Positions 1 to 14,541 of a stretch of DNA of 64,000 bases are shown piece after piece. The notes under the pieces are model-generated. The model searched no databases. It saw only the letters and a program-made list of their open reading frames with translations, and was not told where the DNA came from. Made by a program: the position numbers and the translations under genes. The stretch is from the NCBI GenBank assembly GCA_963848295.1, contig CAWKDB010000002.1:544001-608000 (forward strand), given 5' to 3'. The stretch comes from an uncultured delta proteobacterium (GTDB lineage Bacteria > Myxococcota_A > Polyangia > Haliangiales > Haliangiaceae). How positions within the stretch are numbered: the first letter of the stretch is position 1; each line of letters begins with the position of its first letter.

Positions 1-2
1 CG

Positions 3-521
3 CGCGGCGACGTTCACATCGTGCTCAAGCAGAACCACAGCGCGTGGTCGCCCGAGCAAGCGCTCAAGTCGGTCGAAGATGCGCTCACGTTGAGCGGGGG
101 GAAGCTCGACGCGATCCTCGCGAACAACTCGGGGATGGCGCGAGGCGCGGTCCAGGCGATCACCGCGGCGGGGCTGACGAACGTGTTCATCGCCGGCGCG
201 GATGCCGATGCCGCGAACGTCAACTTCGTATGCGAGGGCAAGCAGACGATCGAGATCCTCAAAGACATCCAACCGCTGGCGCGAACCGCGGCCGACGTCG
301 CGCACGAGCTGCTCGACGGTGGGGGGCGCCGCGGCTCGGTCGACGATCGCGCGCCGAGAACGGGCGAGACGATCGCGATCGGCGGGAAGAACGTCCCGAT
401 CGCTGCGGTCCGCGTCGAGGTCGTGACGCCGGCGAACGTCAAGCCGCTGCTCGTCGACTCGGGGTTCCTATCCGCCGACGAGTTGCCGGCGTGCAAAGAC
501 CGCCTCGCGGTGGCGAGGTAG
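3..521 (+). CDS. Sugar ABC transporter periplasmic binding protein (XylF/ChvE-like), 5'-truncated by the window edge
   Basis: Frame is open from the window start. Motifs DAILANNSGMARGAVQA and IAGADAD...QTIEILKDIQPLA are typical of class I monosaccharide-binding proteins. Confidence 0.85.
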   Translation, partial: RGDVHIVLKQNHSAWSPEQALKSVEDALTLSGGKLDAILANNSGMARGAVQAITAAGLTNVFIAGADADAANVNFVCEGKQTIEILKDIQPLARTAADVAHELLDGGGRRGSVDDRAPRTGETIAIGGKNVPIAAVRVEVVTPANVKPLLVDSGFLSADELPACKDRLAVAR

Positions 522-523
522 CG

Positions 524-1972
524 ATGATCCGCGCGGCGCTGATCGGTGTGCTCGTGATAGGCGTGGTGCGTATCGCGCGTGCGGATACGCCGACGCCGGA
601 TCCGGCACCGGGCTCGGGCTCGGGCTCGGATGCGGGCTCGGATGCGGGCTCGGGCTCGGATGCGACGGTGACCGCGCCGCCGAAGCAGACCGCGGCGATC
701 GAGCCGATCTCGTCGACAAACACGCTGACCGGCGAAGCGAAACCGCCGACGACCGATCTCACCACACTCAACGTCGGAGACGTCCGGTTCGAGCTTCACG
801 GTTACGCGCGCATGCCGCTGTCGACCCAGGGCACGCGCGAGCCGTATCTCGTCGATGCCGATCCGTACCTGTCTGGCTTCTCCTACACGCGGCTGTACGA
901 GCCCGACTGGTCGGAGCTGTTCTTTTCGGCGCGCCGCGGTGATTACAAGGCCGAGTTCGGATTCTTCGCGTCGCTGTACTCGGACTACGCGCAGGCCGAC
1001 ATCACGAACCAGCTCGGTGTCGCGCAAGCGTCGGTCAGCGCCGAGCACTTCCTCGGCAACCAAGATCTCTCGGTCCAAGTCGGCGTGTTCTGGGATCGCT
1101 TCGGCTACGTCGAGCCGTACGACACCTATGTGTTCGGCCGCACGCATCAAGGCGGGTTCAAGGCGACCTACAAGTTGCCCGGCGGCGGTCGGGTGCAAGC
1201 CGGGCTCGGCATCCACGAAGCGAACCTGCAACAGAACGAAGGCCTCACCCCGATCGCGCACGTCGCGGGCGCGTACCCCGTCGGCCCGGTCGAGCTCGGC
1301 GCGTACGTGTTGCGGACGTGGACCGACGACAAGCGCCAGCTCTCGCCGATCCAAGACGGCACGCTGTGGATCGCGGGCGCGGACGCTCGCTACAAGCTGC
1401 CGAACGATCGCGGCACCGCGTACCTCGCGTTCGCCTACTACGACATGGACAAGGTCCTGTACCTGTCGCCGTCGGTCGAGGTGATGAACTCCAGCGGCGG
1501 CCAAGGCCTGACCGAAAACTTCCTCGGCCTGACGAATAGCAACGACGGCAGCGGTCGGATGTACACGCTCGCCGGCGACGTCAAGGTCAAGCTCGACGAC
1601 CGCGCCGCGGTGCGCGGCTTCGGCATGGCGACGTGGGTGCGGTCGCCTCAGGTCGACGAGATGGATGCGCTCGACAACAAGGACCGCCGGCTGTACGTCA
1701 AGTGGGGCGTCGAGCCGAGCTACAAGATCTTGCCGAAGCTGGTCGCGGCGCTGCGCTACGACCGCGTGATCCTCGACATCTACGATTCGCAGGACAGCTT
1801 TCGCGTGTTATCGCCGAAGCTGTCGTTCCCACTCGACACGTGGGGCGAGATCTTCGTGCAGTACTCGCACTATTGGTACGGTGACAAGATCGCGCTGCGC
1901 CCCGGTCAGGTCCCGCTCGAGACGATGCCGGACAGCGACGTGTTCAAGGTCCAGGCGCAAGCGCGCTGGTAG
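524..1972 (+). CDS. Outer-membrane beta-barrel protein, probable carbohydrate porin
   Basis: ATG at 524, 2 nt after the binding-protein stop. Signal peptide ending ARA-D, a GS linker, alternating aromatic beta-strands and a C-terminal Trp (VFKVQAQARW). Confidence 0.7.
   Translation: MIRAALIGVLVIGVVRIARADTPTPDPAPGSGSGSDAGSDAGSGSDATVTAPPKQTAAIEPISSTNTLTGEAKPPTTDLTTLNVGDVRFELHGYARMPLSTQGTREPYLVDADPYLSGFSYTRLYEPDWSELFFSARRGDYKAEFGFFASLYSDYAQADITNQLGVAQASVSAEHFLGNQDLSVQVGVFWDRFGYVEPYDTYVFGRTHQGGFKATYKLPGGGRVQAGLGIHEANLQQNEGLTPIAHVAGAYPVGPVELGAYVLRTWTDDKRQLSPIQDGTLWIAGADARYKLPNDRGTAYLAFAYYDMDKVLYLSPSVEVMNSSGGQGLTENFLGLTNSNDGSGRMYTLAGDVKVKLDDRAAVRGFGMATWVRSPQVDEMDALDNKDRRLYVKWGVEPSYKILPKLVAALRYDRVILDIYDSQDSFRVLSPKLSFPLDTWGEIFVQYSHYWYGDKIALRPGQVPLETMPDSDVFKVQAQARW
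609..660 (+). repeat. Coding GGCTCG/GGATGC hexamer repeats (Gly-Ser linker)
   Basis: cgggctcgggctcgggctcggatgcgggctcggatgcgggctcgggctcgg encodes GSGSGSDAGSDAGSGS. Confidence 0.8.
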
Positions 1973-2016
1973 GAATCCGCGGTGGCGGGGACGAGCCATG
2001 GGCTATCCTCGAGCGG

Positions 2017-2772
2017 ATGCGACTCCTCGCGTTCGCGCTGCTGTTGGCGTCCGGCTCGGCCGCAGCGGCTCCGTCCGTTCACGTCAGCTACGATGCCGAG
2101 CACCTCGATCTCGACAAGCACGTCCTGCAGTTCAAGCCGTCGCGCGCGGTGTCCGAGGCGACGCTCACCGTGATCGACGATGCCGGCAACGACCTCGGCG
2201 ACGCGCACGTCGAGTACGACAAGCTGCCCGCGAACGGTTGGCTCGCGATCGCGTGGACGCCGTCGAGCGACGCCCCGGTCATGAAGCTCGAGCTCGAGGT
2301 CAAGACCGCCGATGGCGCCGGGACACGGGTCGAGCTCATCCCGTGGTCGGCGACGATCGATCACGACGACGTCGAGTTCCGCACCGACAGCTCGACGATC
2401 GACGACGGCGAGCGCGCGAAGGTCGATGCGAGCGCTGCCAAGATCGTCGAGATCGTGCAACGGGTCGGCAAGCACATGAAGCTGACGCTGTACGTCGCCG
2501 GCCACACCGACACCGTCGGCCCGAGCGACAAGAACCGCAAGCTGTCGCTCGACCGCGCGATCGCGATCGGCCACTACCTCGCCGCGCATGGCGTCGCCGT
2601 GCCGATCGTCGTCGCAGGTTTCGGAGAGAGCGTCCCGAAGGTCGCGACGCCCGACAATACCGACGAGCCCGCGAATCGCCGCGCCGACTACGTGCTCGGC
2701 CCAGCGGGTGGCACCCCCCCGTTCCACGGCGCCTATCTCAAAGCCAAGGCGCAGTGGCGCGCGTTGCGCTGA
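2017..2772 (+). CDS. OmpA-family peptidoglycan-binding protein
   Basis: Signal peptide; OmpA C-domain motifs GHTDTVG, NRKLSLDRA, GFGE and NRRAD. Confidence 0.9.
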   Translation: MRLLAFALLLASGSAAAAPSVHVSYDAEHLDLDKHVLQFKPSRAVSEATLTVIDDAGNDLGDAHVEYDKLPANGWLAIAWTPSSDAPVMKLELEVKTADGAGTRVELIPWSATIDHDDVEFRTDSSTIDDGERAKVDASAAKIVEIVQRVGKHMKLTLYVAGHTDTVGPSDKNRKLSLDRAIAIGHYLAAHGVAVPIVVAGFGESVPKVATPDNTDEPANRRADYVLGPAGGTPPFHGAYLKAKAQWRALR

Positions 2773-2824
2773 TCGCTTACGCGAAGCTGACACTACGACT
2801 CGGCGCGCGATCTACGCTGAGGCC

Positions 2825-3058
2825 ATGGATCGTGCTCGCATCGCTCGTCTCCTCGTCGCCGTCGTCGGCAGCGTCGCGCCCGCCGCGTGCGCTCACTCCC
2901 CGCAGGCGGAGCCGACGACCGCTCGCGCGCCGCAGCGAACCGTGGCTACGCCCGCGACCGTCGCGGCGCCCGCGACCGCGACCGCGCCTGCGCCGAAGCT
3001 GTTGTGCTGGCTGATGCACGATCCGCTGTGCGCGACGAAGGCACCGCGGATTTGCTGA
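2825..3058 (+). CDS. Small putative lipoprotein or peptide (77 aa) with Cys-rich C-terminus
   Basis: MDRARIARLLVAVVGSVAPAAC signal-like start, Ala/Pro/Thr linker and CWLMHDPLC...C tail. The stop overlaps the next start. Confidence 0.55.
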   Translation: MDRARIARLLVAVVGSVAPAACAHSPQAEPTTARAPQRTVATPATVAAPATATAPAPKLLCWLMHDPLCATKAPRIC

Positions 3059-3666
3059 GCGCGACGTGGGCCCATCGCGCGTGGAGCGAGCGCTGCGCCG
3101 CGAATCACTATCGCCGACTTGCCGAGGCGTTGCGCGCGACCCCGTTCGCATCGTTCGCGCCGGACTACGCGCGCGCGAGCGACGACGAGCTCCGCCACGC
3201 CGATCTGTGCGAGCGCACGTGCCTCGAGCGCGGCGGCGCGCCGTTCACCGAGCCGACCGCGGATCCGCCGCTGGCGATCGTCGACGAGCGCGCGCTCGTC
3301 CTCGAGCTCGCGGTCACCGGACTCGGCGAGACGCTCAACGTCGTCCTGCTCCACGACGAGCTCGTCACCGCGCCGGAGTTCGCCGCGGTCACTCGCGTGT
3401 TGTTGCGCGACGAACGGCGCCACGCGCGTCTCGGCTGGGCGGTGCTCGATGCCGCCCAGACGCGCGCCGACCTCGGATGGCTAGCGCAGCCGATCGGTGA
3501 AGCGTTCGGCGAAGCCCACGCGCGCGGAGACGGCGCAGCCGATCTGATGCCAGCGCGTCGGGCCGAGGTACTCGCCGCCGGCCTCGAGCTCGTGATCGCG
3601 CCGGCGCTCGCTCGGATCGGCATCAGCGCGCCGCTTTGCGCGTGCTCCACGTCGCCCACGCGGTGA
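3052..3666 (+). CDS. Ferritin-like (di-iron) domain protein
   Basis: TTG at 3052. Paired E...DExxH motifs (SE..DELRH; GE..DERRH) in helical context. Confidence 0.75.
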   Translation: MLSATWAHRAWSERCAANHYRRLAEALRATPFASFAPDYARASDDELRHADLCERTCLERGGAPFTEPTADPPLAIVDERALVLELAVTGLGETLNVVLLHDELVTAPEFAAVTRVLLRDERRHARLGWAVLDAAQTRADLGWLAQPIGEAFGEAHARGDGAADLMPARRAEVLAAGLELVIAPALARIGISAPLCACSTSPTR

Positions 3667-4369
3667 CCGCCGCGAGTACGACGAGGCAGCCCACGCCGAG
3701 CGCGACGTAGCGCTCGACCATGCGGTGGACGCTCCAGCCGTAGACGTCGGTGAGCTTCGACGGGTCGGACAGCCCGACGCCTTCGATCTCGCCGAACGGG
3801 ATGACCCCAATATCGCTGCGCGCCGACCACCACGTCGCGAACGTATCGACATACGCCGCCGCGCCGATCGCGACGAAGCCCCAGCGCAACCCACCGCGCC
3901 GCAACCGCGGCACGAAGAAGCTCGCCATCAGCAAGGTGCCGAGCACCATCGCGCCACCGTCGCCGCCGAAGATGATCGCGGTCTGGGCTTGGACCTCGGT
4001 CAGTCCGAACGTGCCCACCACTTGCAGGACCGCGAGCGCGATGCCGAGCGCGAGTAGCCAGCGCCGCTCGAACTTGACTCCGACGTAGCAGACCGTCACC
4101 TCCGCCGCGGCCAGCGCGATCGGCGCGAGCGTGCCGCGAGCCGCGGGGATCAGCGTCTTCCACAGCGTCGGGATCGCGGCAAATCCGCAGAACCACCCGG
4201 TCAACGCGTGACCGACCTCGTGCACCATCATCGTCAGAAACGTGCGCTGCAGGTAATGGCCGAACGCCCACGCGTGGAACGCGAGCGCGATGACGAGCGC
4301 CGCCGGGATGACCGCAGCGCGCAGCTTCCACTCGCGCTCTAGATCGACGTCACGGTCGTCCACGCTCAA
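3623..4369 (-). CDS. Membrane zinc metallopeptidase, M50-like
   Basis: HEVGH (HExxH) in a multi-TM protein, with a later SD motif. Confidence 0.7.
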   Translation of the reverse strand: MSVDDRDVDLEREWKLRAAVIPAALVIALAFHAWAFGHYLQRTFLTMMVHEVGHALTGWFCGFAAIPTLWKTLIPAARGTLAPIALAAAEVTVCYVGVKFERRWLLALGIALAVLQVVGTFGLTEVQAQTAIIFGGDGGAMVLGTLLMASFFVPRLRRGGLRWGFVAIGAAAYVDTFATWWSARSDIGVIPFGEIEGVGLSDPSKLTDVYGWSVHRMVERYVALGVGCLVVLAAVTAWATWSTRKAAR

Positions 4370-4779
4370 TCGTATTCGGGCTCGCGCGGGATCCCGAGTA
4401 AAATGTCAGCCATCGCGTCGCGGATCTCCGGCAGGGTCATCAGATTGCGAGTGACTCGCTCCGGCGCCGCGCCCCGCCGCCACGTCCACAGCCCGACCGC
4501 CTTGGGGTGCTCGAGCTCGAGGCAGTAGTACAGCCCGGTCTCGTCGAGCTCGCCCTCGGTCTCGACCCCGACCACGACGAGATCCGGCAAGTTGCCATCG
4601 CTGCGATCGTCGGCGTGCTCCGAGAAGCTGCGCAACGACGTCCACGCGGCGGGCAACCACGGCCGAAACGGCAACGCGTCCGCGATCGCGACCGTGTCGA
4701 ACACGTGGACCACGTCCGCAGGGATCGTCTTCCCGAGACGCGATCCGACCTCGTCCCACGAGGGAAGGCGGCGCGGCAC
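4366..4779 (-). CDS. Hypothetical protein, possibly SMI1/KNR4-like
   Basis: Fits the operon with a 4-nt overlap. RLGKTIPAD and LVVVG...YYCL...VGLW resemble SUKH-family elements only weakly. Confidence 0.5.
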   Translation of the reverse strand: MPRRLPSWDEVGSRLGKTIPADVVHVFDTVAIADALPFRPWLPAAWTSLRSFSEHADDRSDGNLPDLVVVGVETEGELDETGLYYCLELEHPKAVGLWTWRRGAAPERVTRNLMTLPEIRDAMADILLGIPREPEYD

Positions 4780-4783
4780 TCGA

Positions 4784-5443
4784 TCACTCCGGGGGACGAA
4801 CCTGCTCGGCCGGCACGACCTCGTCGGTGTTCGGCCGCGCCACCACCTCGAACCGCGCGTGCGCCGGAACCTTCGCTCGCTCGTCCGGCGTCATCAGCGC
4901 GAACTCGAGCTGACCGAGCCGCTCGATCTCGGCGAGAGCGTTGAATCCGCCGATGAACTGACCGCGCAGGTAGACGTACGGTACGGTCTGCTGCTTCGTC
5001 TCGTTGATCAAGCTGACGAGCTTCGCCTCGTGCTCCGGCTCCTCGAGATCGACGTTATCGAAGTCGACCTTGAGGCGCTCGAGGATGGTGATCGCGCGGC
5101 CGGTCCACGGGCAGCTCTTCTTGCCGAAGATCTGCGCCTTGACGCTCGGATCGCCAAACCCGGCGACCGCGGCGGAGGGCTTCGCGGCTGGCGTAGTCGC
5201 GGCGACTTCGGCCTTGCGTTCGGCGACTCGCGTCGCCTTCGCGCTCGCTTCGTCCTTCGACACGAAGCTCTTGCCGAGCAGCTTGGCCACCCGCTTGCGC
5301 GCCGCGACGTAGCGCGGATCGACCGCGACCTTGTCGGTGAGGTAGTCGCGAATCTCGCCACCGATCTCGTCGGCGCGGTTCAGCGCGGAGAACAGCTTGG
5401 CGGTGGCGCGCTTGGTCAGCGTGGGTTCGTCAGCAGCGGGCAT
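4784..5443 (-). CDS. Glutaredoxin-domain protein (monothiol CPWT) with N-terminal extension
   Basis: KSCPWT, TVPYVY and FIGG glutaredoxin motifs. Confidence 0.85.
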   Translation of the reverse strand: MPAADEPTLTKRATAKLFSALNRADEIGGEIRDYLTDKVAVDPRYVAARKRVAKLLGKSFVSKDEASAKATRVAERKAEVAATTPAAKPSAAVAGFGDPSVKAQIFGKKSCPWTGRAITILERLKVDFDNVDLEEPEHEAKLVSLINETKQQTVPYVYLRGQFIGGFNALAEIERLGQLEFALMTPDERAKVPAHARFEVVARPNTDEVVPAEQVRPPE

Positions 5444-5576
5444 CAGGGTTGTCTACCAGATTCCGAGCGGCTCCGGGAGCCTGATTTCTCGACGAGAAAC
5501 GGCCGGTTCACACGTCGCAACGCCTCCGCAACGAAGGCCACGGATCGCCGGCGCATCGTAGCGCTCAGGAGGTCCT

Positions 5577-6512
5577 ATGAACGTCTCGTCATGTTTCGCG
5601 CTGGGTCTAGTTGGTGCCATGGTCGGCGGCTGCACGTACGCGAGCATCGGCTCCGGCGAGGTCGGGGTCGTCCGGACGCCCAGCGGTATGGATCCGCACG
5701 TCTATACCCCCGGCGACTGGAAGATCGGCGGCGATGACAAGGCCACGATCTACAGCGTCCGCTCGCAGGAGCGCTCGGAGCGGCTCGACGTCCAGTCGTC
5801 GGACGGCCTCGGCATCACGCTCGACACGTCGATCCGCTACCACGTCGTGCCCGGCGAGGTCCTCGCGCTCGATCAGGAGATCGGGCCGAGCTATTACGAC
5901 GTGTTGATCGGCCCGACGCTGAAGTCGCAAGCGCGGCGCGTCGTCGGACGGTTCACGCCCGACCAGATCTACTCGACCGAGCGCGAACAGATCGAGAAGG
6001 AGATCCGCGAGGGCGTTGATGCCGCGGTCAAGGGCCGGCACGTCGTGCTCGAGGCCGTGCTCGTGCGCAACGTCGTGCTGCCGCCGCAGCTGCAAGCCGC
6101 GATCACGAACAAGCTCGAGGCCGAGCAGTCTGCGCTCAAGATGAAGTTCGTGATCGCCCAGCAAGAGGCCGAGGATCAGAAGTCGCTCGAGGAGAGCAAG
6201 GCGAAGGCGGAGCGCGACAAGATCGAGGCCGATGCCGCAGCGGAGTCCGCGCGCACGCGAGCGCAGACCGAGGCCGATGGGACCCGCATCGCCGCTCGAG
6301 CCGCGGCCGACGCGAAGCGGCTCGACGCGCAGGCGACCGACGACTACGAGAAGCTGGTGAGCCAACACCTGAGCGCCGCGATCTTGAAGCTCCAGGAGAT
6401 CGCCGCCCAGAAAGCGCTCGCCGATTCACCGAACGCGAAGCTCGTGCTGATGGGAGCCGGCGGCTCGGCCGGCAAGACCGTGCTCGACCTGCGCGGCGCG
6501 GGCGGATCGTAG
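5577..6512 (+). CDS. SPFH/prohibitin (band 7) family membrane protein
   Basis: AGGAGG RBS; SSDGLGITLD, VLVRNVVLPPQLQAAITNK and an Ala/Glu coiled coil. Confidence 0.92.
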   Translation: MNVSSCFALGLVGAMVGGCTYASIGSGEVGVVRTPSGMDPHVYTPGDWKIGGDDKATIYSVRSQERSERLDVQSSDGLGITLDTSIRYHVVPGEVLALDQEIGPSYYDVLIGPTLKSQARRVVGRFTPDQIYSTEREQIEKEIREGVDAAVKGRHVVLEAVLVRNVVLPPQLQAAITNKLEAEQSALKMKFVIAQQEAEDQKSLEESKAKAERDKIEADAAAESARTRAQTEADGTRIAARAAADAKRLDAQATDDYEKLVSQHLSAAILKLQEIAAQKALADSPNAKLVLMGAGGSAGKTVLDLRGAGGS

Positions 6513-6519
6513 CGCCGAG

Positions 6520-8367
6520 CTACGGGCGGATCACCGAGCGATGCGCGCCGGTCGCGAGCTCGACGCGCTCGACGAAGTCTCCGCCCGACGCCTGGCTGAC
6601 GACGAACACCGCGTCGCCGCGGACCGCGAGGTACACGCTCTGCTCGTACTCCGAGTGCTTGACCCCGAGCCCGCGCACGGTGATGTGCCAGCGAACGTGG
6701 CCGTCGACGCCGACGCGTTGCAGATCGATCCCATCGTCGGAGATCGCGCAGTACGTCGCGATCACGACGTCACCGCCGGGGAGCTCGACGAGCTCGCTCG
6801 CGGCGGCGAACGTGTCCGCCGGCGGCGGCAGCGTCCACACCGGCTTGCCGGCGGCGAGCCGCGCGATCCGCTTGTCGCTGACGACCACGAGATCGCGGTC
6901 GACCCAGTGCGCGGCCGCGACCACCTCGCGGAGCCGCAACACTTCCCGCTTGGAGCGGTCGCGCACGATCGACTCGCCGTCGACGTGGTCGATGTGGAAG
7001 GCGGCCACCTGGCTCGGGTCGACCACGGTTACCCGGTACGTGACATCGCGCGCGGCATCGACCACGACGTCGCCGACGATATACTCGGGCCCGCCGAATG
7101 ACCGCGCGACCGCCGAGCGCTCGACGCCGGCGATCGAGTGGATGACGTGGCCGTCTGGCGCCACCAGGTCGTTCCCGACGACGAATGGGACGCGAGCGTC
7201 GCGCTCGGCCAGGGTGCCGCAATCGCCGATCGGCTGGCAGCGGAGCTCGTCTGCGCCGGTCGCGAGGTCGATCCGCTCGAAGAAGTCGCCGCCGGAGGCT
7301 TGGCTGACCGCGTAGAGCTTGTCGCCCCGGATCGTCGAGTACGCGATGTTCGAGTACTTCGAATGAGCGACGCCGATCCCTGCGGCGCTGGTCTGCCACA
7401 CGACGCGGCCGTCGGGGTGGAGACGCCAGAACGCCAGGCCGCTGTCAGCGATCGAGTCGTGCAGCTCGATCACCAGATCGCCGCCCGCGATCGGCGTGAT
7501 CGATCCGGCGTCGCCGAACGCGATCTTGTCGATCGCGATCCGCCACACCATCGCGCCGCTCGGCGTCATCCGCGTGATGTCGCGATCCGTAAGCACGATC
7601 GCGTCGGCCTCGACCTGCGCGATCGCGGCCACCTCGCCATCGACGACGAAGCTCCGCGACGCCGCGAGCGCGTACACCGTGCTGCGCCGCGCCGACCACG
7701 GCCGGTTCACCACGTAGTCCTGCGCGACGAGCCTCTCGTCACAGCCGGGCTGGGTCGGCGTGACGAACAGCATGGCGCCGTCGGCGAGCGCATAACCCGT
7801 CGACCATTGCCGGGCGCCGTCGGGCGCGCACTCGCTCGCGATCACGCGATCGCCGGCGATCGTCAGCTCGTGCGGCGAGGCGTGGACGCGCCATTGCACC
7901 TTGCCGGTCGCGGCGTCGCCGGTCGCGACCGGCGCGCGACCGGCAGCGCCGCCGAAGGGCGGCGCGGTCAGATCGACACGCTGCAGCTCGCCATGTAACG
8001 GTGCCGCGATCAGGAACGAGCCGCCGACCGCGTAAGCGCCCTCCCCCGGGTCGTAGATCGCCGGGAGCCGCTGCGCCTTGGCCGCGCCCGCATCCGCGAT
8101 GAACGCGCCGATCGAGAACCGATCGCCGCCGACCGGCAGCGCCGCGTCGTAACGCTCGGGGCCCGCGACCGTCGCGACGACCTTGCCGTCGCCGTCGACC
8201 ACGTGGCTGCGAACGAGCAGCCTGACGCCCGCGGTCGCCGCGTTCGGCAGCGGTGGTGCGGGCGAGAGCTTGGCGACCGGCCCGGGCGGGCAATCGCTGC
8301 CCGCGGACGGCGCAACCGGGTCCGATGCCCCACCACACGCGGCCAGGACCACGATGAGACGCTTCAC
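6520..8367 (-). CDS. Lipoprotein with PQQ/BamB-like beta-propeller repeats, internally duplicated
   Basis: GTG start MKRLIVVLAAC (lipobox). DAATGKVQW-type repeats and two copies of the G(I/L)GVxHSxY...SQASGGDFxERxxLATGA block. Confidence 0.7.
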   Translation of the reverse strand: MKRLIVVLAACGGASDPVAPSAGSDCPPGPVAKLSPAPPLPNAATAGVRLLVRSHVVDGDGKVVATVAGPERYDAALPVGGDRFSIGAFIADAGAAKAQRLPAIYDPGEGAYAVGGSFLIAAPLHGELQRVDLTAPPFGGAAGRAPVATGDAATGKVQWRVHASPHELTIAGDRVIASECAPDGARQWSTGYALADGAMLFVTPTQPGCDERLVAQDYVVNRPWSARRSTVYALAASRSFVVDGEVAAIAQVEADAIVLTDRDITRMTPSGAMVWRIAIDKIAFGDAGSITPIAGGDLVIELHDSIADSGLAFWRLHPDGRVVWQTSAAGIGVAHSKYSNIAYSTIRGDKLYAVSQASGGDFFERIDLATGADELRCQPIGDCGTLAERDARVPFVVGNDLVAPDGHVIHSIAGVERSAVARSFGGPEYIVGDVVVDAARDVTYRVTVVDPSQVAAFHIDHVDGESIVRDRSKREVLRLREVVAAAHWVDRDLVVVSDKRIARLAAGKPVWTLPPPADTFAAASELVELPGGDVVIATYCAISDDGIDLQRVGVDGHVRWHITVRGLGVKHSEYEQSVYLAVRGDAVFVVSQASGGDFVERVELATGAHRSVIRP

Positions 8368-8420
8368 GATCGTACAGACGCCCGAGATCGACGTCCGGTC
8401 GCAGAAATCGTCGGTGCTCG

Positions 8421-8882
8421 CTAGCCGAACGCCTTTTTCTTGAGCTCGCCCGAGCTCGCGGCGTTCACCAGGTGCTCGCGCCCGCCGAGGCACTCGCCCG
8501 CGACGAACACGACCGGCAACCGGATGCCCTTGCTGTCGCGCCGCACCGCGTACTGCGCCGCCGGATCCTCCTGGATGTTCGTGACGGTATACGTCACGCC
8601 ATTGGCGTCGAGGATATCGGTGAGCTTGCCGACGTCCCGCTTCTGCTTCTCCATGTAGTAAACGATCACCGGCGCCTGCTCGGTCTTGTTCGGCGTCGGC
8701 GTAGCCGTGGGCGCAGGCGATCCCGAACCGCGCGCAAACGCCTCGCGATCGCGCAGCTCGGCCTCGTCGGCGAGTGGTCGCCCGAGCGCGTCGTTGGCCT
8801 TGCGCACGAGCTCGCCTGCCCGGCCCGGAACACGCGTAAGCGCGGCGTGGGCCCGCGCTCGCACCGAATCCAGCACGCCCAT
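8421..8882 (-). CDS. Glutaredoxin-like protein lacking the CxxC site
   Basis: ATG at 8882, 2 nt after the upstream stop. APVIVYY...LPVVFVAGECLGG...SGELKK glutaredoxin fold. Confidence 0.75.
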   Translation of the reverse strand: MGVLDSVRARAHAALTRVPGRAGELVRKANDALGRPLADEAELRDREAFARGSGSPAPTATPTPNKTEQAPVIVYYMEKQKRDVGKLTDILDANGVTYTVTNIQEDPAAQYAVRRDSKGIRLPVVFVAGECLGGREHLVNAASSGELKKKAFG

Positions 8883-8884
8883 CG

Positions 8885-10732
<1,848 letters not shown>

Positions 10733-10755
10733 GGTTGGTTCCTCTTCTCGCGTTC

Positions 10756-14337
<3,582 letters not shown>

Positions 14338-14356
14338 GGAGATTCCTCGCGCAGGG

Positions 14357-14400
14357 CTAGACTGACGCGTCAGTCTAGGCTGGACTGACGTGTCAGTCCA
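14357..14400 (-). promoter_or_regulatory. Two tandem palindromic operators overlapping a putative sigma70-type promoter
   Basis: Perfect 22-bp palindrome CTAGACTGACGCGTCAGTCTAG (14357-14378) and TGGACTGAC-GT-GTCAGTCCA (14381-14400). The minus strand reads TGGACT-N17-TAGACT. Confidence 0.8.
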
Positions 14401-14541
14401 TTCTTAAATAGCGGCAAGGAATGATCTCTTCGGCGCGCGAACCGTTACGCACCAACTGTGTTTCCCATTACGAATGCTGCACCCCGGTGCGCAGGCGATT
14501 ACGCTGCGACCCAGCTCTCAACCCCGAATAGGATGCCTGCC

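Noticed and set aside
4366..4779. Toxin-immunity locus
   Set aside because: The SMI1/KNR4 resemblance is weak and no adjacent toxin gene is visible.
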